Positions 36,489 through 41,686 of a stretch of DNA of 41,686 nt are shown in pieces. A model generated the notes under the pieces. That model saw only the letters and a program-made list of their open reading frames with translations, ran no database searches and was not told the origin of the DNA. The stretch lies in the sequence record SRR22947727_1297; one strand, written 5' to 3'. How positions within the stretch are numbered: the first letter of the stretch is position 1; every line of letters starts with the position of its first letter. Position numbers and translations under genes: made by a program.

Positions 36489-36947
36489 TTATTTTAATCT
36501 ACAATCTTTAGGTATAAAATCTCCATTATCTAATGTTTTTAGAGCGTGGCAGTTTTTACATAGGAGGCGATAATTATCTGGATGTTCGCCTTCAAGAGTA
36601 TGTTTAATATCGGAATTTATATGATCAACATCAACTAAAGTTGCTAACTCCTCCAAAGTTCTATCGGGATAAATATCCTTAAGGTTTATCTTACAGTCTT
36701 CGCAAATAAGTTTACCTTTATTATAGGCTTGTATTTTGTAGCGAAGATGAGGTCTAGAAGATGCGTTAGAGCAAATAGTATTAGAAAAGTGCTCACTACA
36801 GTACTTAGTTTTCCAATGTACATCACTAGCTATAACATTAGAACAGTAGTGAAGATTACACTCTCTTCTTGTATTACTATAATGTCTTGCATCTATGATT
36901 GGAGTATCTCTCACATCAAAACCTAAACTACTTAAAAAACCGCTCAT
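36489..36947 (-). CDS. HNH endonuclease
   Basis: CEDC...DVDHI...DNYRLLCKNCHALKT, plus an N-terminal Cys/His cluster. Confidence 0.85.
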   Translation of the reverse strand: MSGFLSSLGFDVRDTPIIDARHYSNTRRECNLHYCSNVIASDVHWKTKYCSEHFSNTICSNASSRPHLRYKIQAYNKGKLICEDCKINLKDIYPDRTLEELATLVDVDHINSDIKHTLEGEHPDNYRLLCKNCHALKTLDNGDFIPKDCRLK

Positions 36948-36971
36948 TTTATATAACCTCTTATTTTATTT

Positions 36972-37607
36972 TTACTTAATAGAAGATACTATCTCGTTTA
37001 CTATTTTGACTATAGGGTTATTCAACTCAGTATCTCTTAAACCAATTTTATAGCCATACCCATGTAAATTTAAAATATTCCATCCGTATAAGTCTTTTCT
37101 TAATTCACGTACTGCCGACCTCATTTCTTTGTTTTTCATACTTTTACGAATCTCACGTTCAGTAACGTATTGGTAACCGTTGCAGATGTTAATTTTAAGT
37201 ATATGGTAGAAAACTCTAAAAGCATGTCTATCGAAAAATTTATCTTTTCCTAATCTAGATAAAGTACCATCACCATTGGTTTTAACTATTGTTGATATAG
37301 CAACTAATTCTTTTAACATCTCTAAAGGAGGCCTTGTTGCTAATTTTTGTTTCACTTGTACGTCAAATCCTAATTTGGCTAATTCCGCATTAAGTTGTAC
37401 TCTAAGCCATTCTACTGGGTATGTATTTGCGAGTTGACCATTATCTGCTGTTTGTTGACCAGTTTGTACGCCTTGATCAGCTGCGGCTGCTCGTATAGAG
37501 TATAAAACCTTATTATACTTATCACGACCTAGGTCATTATAGACTAAGTTAGCCCAAGCTTTTTTGCTACCTAAATCTTCTACGATAACATCATAAATTG
37601 ATTTCAT
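36972..37607 (-). CDS. Hypothetical basic protein
   Basis: 211 aa with its own promoter motif upstream. Confidence 0.65.
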   Translation of the reverse strand: MKSIYDVIVEDLGSKKAWANLVYNDLGRDKYNKVLYSIRAAAADQGVQTGQQTADNGQLANTYPVEWLRVQLNAELAKLGFDVQVKQKLATRPPLEMLKELVAISTIVKTNGDGTLSRLGKDKFFDRHAFRVFYHILKINICNGYQYVTEREIRKSMKNKEMRSAVRELRKDLYGWNILNLHGYGYKIGLRDTELNNPIVKIVNEIVSSIK

Positions 37608-37657
37608 ATAACTTATTTTAGTTTATAACTTAGTTAGATTATCTAACTCTTTAATTA

Positions 37658-37686
37658 AATATAGGAAGTATATATATGAAAAGCAA
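37658..37686 (-). promoter_or_regulatory. Putative promoter, TTGCTT-N17-TATATT
   Basis: Same motif family. Confidence 0.65.
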
Positions 37687-37929
37687 CTAGTACTCCCCAT
37701 ACAAATCCCAGACTTCTGGTTCTGGTTCCGGAGCATCTACTTCTTTTATAGCATATAATTTTCCATCTAAAGGTGCAAGTCTATACTCGCCTTTGAACTT
37801 AGTTTTACGTAAGTAAGCCGTTAACGTATTTACTAAACCTTCAATGATTTCATCATCACCATCAACCAAAGACCAATTGTCTCCAGGCGGTACTCTTGAT
37901 GCAATTAATTCTAGATTTTCTTCTATCAT
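37687..37929 (-). CDS. Hypothetical protein
   Basis: 80 aa, ATGA-coupled to queF. Confidence 0.65.
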   Translation of the reverse strand: MIEENLELIASRVPPGDNWSLVDGDDEIIEGLVNTLTAYLRKTKFKGEYRLAPLDGKLYAIKEVDAPEPEPEVWDLYGEY

Positions 37930-38840
37930 TGACGTAAAGTTTTCTTTAATCTTACTGATTCGCTAAAAAATGCTCTAGGAATCATTTCCTGAGATGTGGC
38001 ACGGATAGGATTAATATCTAATCCGCCTCTTCTAGTATAGAGACAGGATACCATTAATTCGTCTGGTTCATATGCTTGCATTAAATGAGTGAATACCATC
38101 TCGTTTATCTCTTCGTGGAAGTGAGATACCTTTCTATGACTTACAATATATTCTGCTAGAGAAGTATAGTTAGGTTCGTTCTTTCCTACCATATGAATGA
38201 ATATATCACCCCAATCCGGTTGATTGGTAACCCGGCAGTTTGAACGTAAAAGATCTGACTGTATCTTAAACTCTTGGCCGGTTTCATGAACCTTAGATGT
38301 TTTCAGAGAATCTGCATCTGAGTAATAGTTATCGAACTCGATCATATCTAAGTCAGTCAAATACTGAAGTTTGGTAAAACCTTGAAAGTGAAAGCTTTCA
38401 GATGCTTCATCAGTAAACATTTTAGTAGCTACTGAACGTCCAAGTAGTAAAGTTAGGTCTTTAGCTACTCTTGCTTCAAAGATACTAATAGCTTGTTCGG
38501 CCGTATCTCCCATCCGAGTCATATTATACGAATTGAGGTATAACTTAATTGACTTACTTTCTACGTGAGTAATAGAGCTTGCCGGACATACAATCTTCAT
38601 CATACCTGATACCGGGAGTCCTCTGTGAGTAAGTACGCTGACTTCGTATGCATTCCAAACATCATATCCGAAGAACGGTAAGTTATTATCATCTATACCG
38701 TAAGCTTCTCTATTTAACTTACGAGGTATTCCTACTAATAGCCCGGGATCGTATTGATCTTTATAGCCGTCACCGCCAACTTTACCTAAATGCTTACCAG
38801 CAATTTTGGTTACTTCATTATAATTCTTTACTTCGCTCAT
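37926..38840 (-). CDS. queF: NADPH-dependent preQ0 reductase QueF, bimodular type
   Basis: WNAYE.S, QueF motif VESKSIKLYLNS, catalytic LLRSNC.VT.QPDWG, FHE, YTRRGGLDINP. Confidence 0.95.
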   Translation of the reverse strand: MSEVKNYNEVTKIAGKHLGKVGGDGYKDQYDPGLLVGIPRKLNREAYGIDDNNLPFFGYDVWNAYEVSVLTHRGLPVSGMMKIVCPASSITHVESKSIKLYLNSYNMTRMGDTAEQAISIFEARVAKDLTLLLGRSVATKMFTDEASESFHFQGFTKLQYLTDLDMIEFDNYYSDADSLKTSKVHETGQEFKIQSDLLRSNCRVTNQPDWGDIFIHMVGKNEPNYTSLAEYIVSHRKVSHFHEEINEMVFTHLMQAYEPDELMVSCLYTRRGGLDINPIRATSQEMIPRAFFSESVRLKKTLRQ

Positions 38841-39358
38841 TTAATAAACTCCATAATTTGATCGACTCTCTGCATAGGGGAGCCAGTTATTGTTAATCTT
38901 TTATAGTCTGGTAGTAGTTCTAATTGTTCTATAAAACCTTCATCTACTTTACGTCTCCATTTTTCATTAACGCTTCTTACTCCATCATCTACTGCGTCAA
39001 ATTCAATAGGAAAGTAAATATAATGAGTATACTCGTCTTTAACTCTATTCCAAGTATTTTGAATAAAAGCTTTGGTATTCATTCTAACGTTAGGTAGATT
39101 TCTAGTATAAACTACTAGATCCATATAACATCTGTCTAATACTAAGTTATAGGGTTTAAGTAAAGCTTCTAAATGAAAACTACTGATGGCTAGTTGAGTT
39201 GCATCAGTACCGTTCTCGTTTATAGCAAAATCATATTTTTTAACTGAACGAGTACTTTCGTTTACAAACTCGTACTTAGGTAATTTATTCTTTAATAGTT
39301 CATAAACAGTAGTCTTACCTGTACTAGAACTTCCAACTAATGCTATTCGTTTAACCAT
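38837..39358 (-). CDS. P-loop nucleoside/nucleotide kinase (AAA_28/NadR/dNMP-kinase-like)
   Basis: GSSSTGKTT Walker A, LVLDR..D, DDGVR lid. Confidence 0.8.
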   Translation of the reverse strand: MVKRIALVGSSSTGKTTVYELLKNKLPKYEFVNESTRSVKKYDFAINENGTDATQLAISSFHLEALLKPYNLVLDRCYMDLVVYTRNLPNVRMNTKAFIQNTWNRVKDEYTHYIYFPIEFDAVDDGVRSVNEKWRRKVDEGFIEQLELLPDYKRLTITGSPMQRVDQIMEFIK

Positions 39359-39942
39359 GTAATCTCCTCAAAGAATTTTATCCATAAATCTAACGATGCC
39401 TCTGTTAATATACGATAAGTATCTTCTAACTTCAAGCCTTTTAAGCTTACTTCTTGAAATAGAAGGATAGGTCCTTCGTCAAGTTCAGGAGTAAGCTCAT
39501 GTATCACTGAACCTCCGATATCATAGTTACCTAAGTACGCTTTTAATTGAGGATCTTTTCCTCTTAGCTCTGGATACTTAGTTATTAAACCAGGATGTCC
39601 ATTAAATGCTTGATACTTAAAACATAACGTAGCAGGAACTATTCTTAACCATCCATGCATCGTTAGTATCTTATCTCTATGCTCATACCCTACTGCGTTT
39701 ATATAATCGTGAACGGTAGGTCGGTTTACGGTATGAAAGATTTTATGCTTATAATTTTTTAATAGCCAGGGATTACCTTTCTCTTCTAACTGTTCTGCAG
39801 TTAGGTTAGTTATAATCCTATCAGGCACTCTACCGGTTTGCTTAATAATATTAGCAAGTTCGGTACCAGTTTGACTAAAGAAAGCACACCACTCCTTAGC
39901 CTGTATAGTTCTTAAGTTTCTTATTCCTGTTTCGTGTATCAA
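39343..39942 (-). CDS. dpdN: PurN-like 10-formyl-THF-dependent formyltransferase, probable preQ1 formyltransferase
   Basis: FFSQTGT, GWLRIVP, catalytic NGHP, GSVIH...ELDEGPIL; sits between dpdA and queF. Confidence 0.8.
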   Translation of the reverse strand: MIHETGIRNLRTIQAKEWCAFFSQTGTELANIIKQTGRVPDRIITNLTAEQLEEKGNPWLLKNYKHKIFHTVNRPTVHDYINAVGYEHRDKILTMHGWLRIVPATLCFKYQAFNGHPGLITKYPELRGKDPQLKAYLGNYDIGGSVIHELTPELDEGPILLFQEVSLKGLKLEDTYRILTEASLDLWIKFFEEITWLNE

Positions 39943-40751
39943 AATAAACTAGCCTCCGGTTTGTTCCAAAATGTTCTGAATCGCTGTATATTCCAAAATG
40001 CTCTATTATCTATAGGAGCTGGAGTATTGATAAGTTCAAATAACTTTTGACTTTCTTTATCCCATAATCCTTGGTCTGAGTATTCAATTCCTTTCATTCC
40101 ATGTACTACCGGGTTAGAAGTATCCATAGAATAAATCCAATCGTAGTCCGAATGCTTATAAAAGAGTCCTTCTTGAGGTAAACCTACTCCGAGTAAATGA
40201 TGCTTCATATTAGTATCAATTACTCCGTCATATAACATTCTACCCAGTAAAGCAGGACGTCCTAACATCCAACTAACGTACTTGTTTGTATGAGGAGCTG
40301 TCCATTCGTAGTAGGAGTAATCAAACGAAATAGCAATCATATCTACATTTGCCTCGTTCTTCATATAGTTATAACAATCAACTATTTCATCATATTCCTT
40401 ACCTTGAACTACTCCTATCTTCCCGCTACCTTCATAACCTAACCCTCTGTTATTCCAATCCTCCATCTGATCGATAGTCTTGTAAGCATCCTCAAGAGCA
40501 TCTGGAACTATATACCAAGTAGGTTTAAGATAGTTAATCCATTTATCAAACTTATCGGCATCAAAAGCTTCTTCTAATTCAAAAATAGAATTATCTAATA
40601 TAACCTCTCTACCGTTCTCTAATGCTTCCTTGAAGAGGTTAAAGTATTCTTCGTCTTCTTCAAACAAATGAACTAATGCATAGTCGTAATCGGTATAGTT
40701 CTGAACTTTTTTAAATATAGACTTTGGAGACTCATGAGCTATTTTTATCAT
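39939..40751 (-). CDS. dpdA: TGT-fold deazaguanine transglycosylase, DpdA (probably DpdA3-like)
   Basis: ILDNS..E, IVPD, IGVVQG, HHLLG, SMDTSNP are spaced like TGT barrel motifs; no tRNA-TGT Zn site; folE/queF context. Confidence 0.75.
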   Translation of the reverse strand: MIKIAHESPKSIFKKVQNYTDYDYALVHLFEEDEEYFNLFKEALENGREVILDNSIFELEEAFDADKFDKWINYLKPTWYIVPDALEDAYKTIDQMEDWNNRGLGYEGSGKIGVVQGKEYDEIVDCYNYMKNEANVDMIAISFDYSYYEWTAPHTNKYVSWMLGRPALLGRMLYDGVIDTNMKHHLLGVGLPQEGLFYKHSDYDWIYSMDTSNPVVHGMKGIEYSDQGLWDKESQKLFELINTPAPIDNRAFWNIQRFRTFWNKPEASLF

Positions 40752-40951
40752 TCAGCATCTCCTTCTGCTATCTTACGTATTGCCTCATTTACTTCTGATA
40801 CAGATTCTTGTATAGAGCTGAGGGCTAGATTGAATTTATCTGTATATAGTTCTTCGACTATCTTACGAACTACGGATACCGGAAGTACTTCTGTTTGAAG
40901 TTCGTTACTAAAGGACTTACTATCTTCTATTAATTTTACTATATTATGCAT
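40748..40951 (-). CDS. Hypothetical protein
   Basis: 67 aa, overlaps both neighbours. Confidence 0.6.
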   Translation of the reverse strand: MHNIVKLIEDSKSFSNELQTEVLPVSVVRKIVEELYTDKFNLALSSIQESVSEVNEAIRKIAEGDAE

Positions 40952-41486
40952 TTTTAACTCTATCTATTTCTTCTTGGGTGAAAAATTGCTTAAGATTAGG
41001 TCTAAAGTAGTTTATAGATTTCATAACTTTATCGTCAGATTTTCTATAGACTACCCATACATCTCCTACCTGTTTGGTATAACAAGGACCATGCTCGGGG
41101 ATACGGGCCTGAATAGTTTGGTTAGCTATCTCATAAGTTTCACAAGTCTTAGACATATTAGAAGCTTGAACTTCTTCGAATGCAGCCATTAACTTATCTT
41201 TCAAACCAAATACCATAGTAGCATTTCCGATAGCCACGTAAAGTAAATCGCAGATACCGTCTAATACTTCCACTATGTCTCTATTCTCAATAGCTTCTTC
41301 TAACTCTTGAGTCTCTTCCTTTATAAAATCTATTACAAAGTTTATAAGTTTTTCGTCTTTGGGTATAACCGGGGTATAGTTATTTGGCTTACCAAACGTA
41401 TCGTTAAAAATTTCTACTTCAGATACGAAAGGTACATAGGTAGACTGTTCTGGTTTTTCTGTAAATAGGTCTAACTGTTCATTCAT
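40944..41486 (-). CDS. MazG-like / PRA-PH all-alpha dNTP pyrophosphohydrolase
   Basis: IKEETQEL...EVLDGICDLLYV (EExxE...ExxD...D), AFEEVQASNMSK, KVMK. Confidence 0.85.
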   Translation of the reverse strand: MNEQLDLFTEKPEQSTYVPFVSEVEIFNDTFGKPNNYTPVIPKDEKLINFVIDFIKEETQELEEAIENRDIVEVLDGICDLLYVAIGNATMVFGLKDKLMAAFEEVQASNMSKTCETYEIANQTIQARIPEHGPCYTKQVGDVWVVYRKSDDKVMKSINYFRPNLKQFFTQEEIDRVKNA

Positions 41487-41686
41487 CCTCTACATACTCC
41501 TGCTAGTTCTATGTTTTTATAAAATTCTGCTCTTGCAGCATCTTCTTCTAGAAAGCATCCGGTTAATTTAGCCGTCTGCATAGAAGCTCCATGATGCTTA
41601 ACTCCTCTACAGCTTACGCAATTATGGGTAGCATCTATCATTACGGCTACTCCAATATTACCTTCACATATCTTATCTACTGCATT
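41483..41686 (-). CDS. folE: GTP cyclohydrolase I, C-terminal part (partial at the right edge)
   Basis: Hand translation ...GVAVMIDATHNCVSCRGVKHHGASMQTAKLTGCFLEEDAARAEFY...*, matching the FolE H-x-C-x-x-x-RG and R-x-EF motifs. Confidence 0.9.
   Translation of the reverse strand, partial: NAVDKICEGNIGVAVMIDATHNCVSCRGVKHHGASMQTAKLTGCFLEEDAARAEFYKNIELAGVCRG

Noticed and set aside
1286-41192. All plus-strand ORFs in the track (e.g. 1286-1501, 26999-27325, 30774-31040)
   Set aside because: They lie antisense to well-supported minus-strand genes and show no recognisable motifs; shadow ORFs.
37926-41686. tRNA queuosine pathway, or de novo purine synthesis via purN
   Set aside because: The TGT-like protein is short and lacks the tRNA-TGT Zn motif, there is no queA/queG or other pur gene, and the context favours DNA modification.
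1-41686. Stop-codon reassignment
   Set aside because: Conserved genes are full length in the standard code, and TAA, TAG and TGA all end genes at tight junctions.

Overview
A gene-dense, AT-rich segment with essentially all genes on the minus strand. It is best read as part of a large lytic dsDNA phage of Bacteroidota (Flavobacteriia-like host): a phage-type family A DNA polymerase without a 5'-3' exonuclease domain, an endolysin with a holin-like neighbour, HNH endonucleases, a Cas4-like nuclease, many short ORFans and a Bacteroidota-type TonB-dependent receptor. No virion structural genes are recognisable in the window. In transcription order (right to left): (1) a 7-deazaguanine DNA-modification operon (partial folE, MazG-like pyrophosphatase, DpdA/TGT-fold transglycosylase, PurN-like formyltransferase, P-loop NMP kinase, queF), which predicts formylated preQ1 in DNA; (2) an HNH-containing insert, then PolA coupled to a DXD glycosyltransferase; (3) hsp20/groES/groEL; (4) a lysis module; (5) a ~16 kb glycan biosynthesis and glycosyltransferase cluster; (6) class II RNR, glyA and the partial TonB-dependent receptor. 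Two recurrent promoter-like motifs, an 11-bp phased direct repeat and a GC-rich structured element occur in the intergenic DNA. All protein calls are from motif recognition by eye, without database searches.
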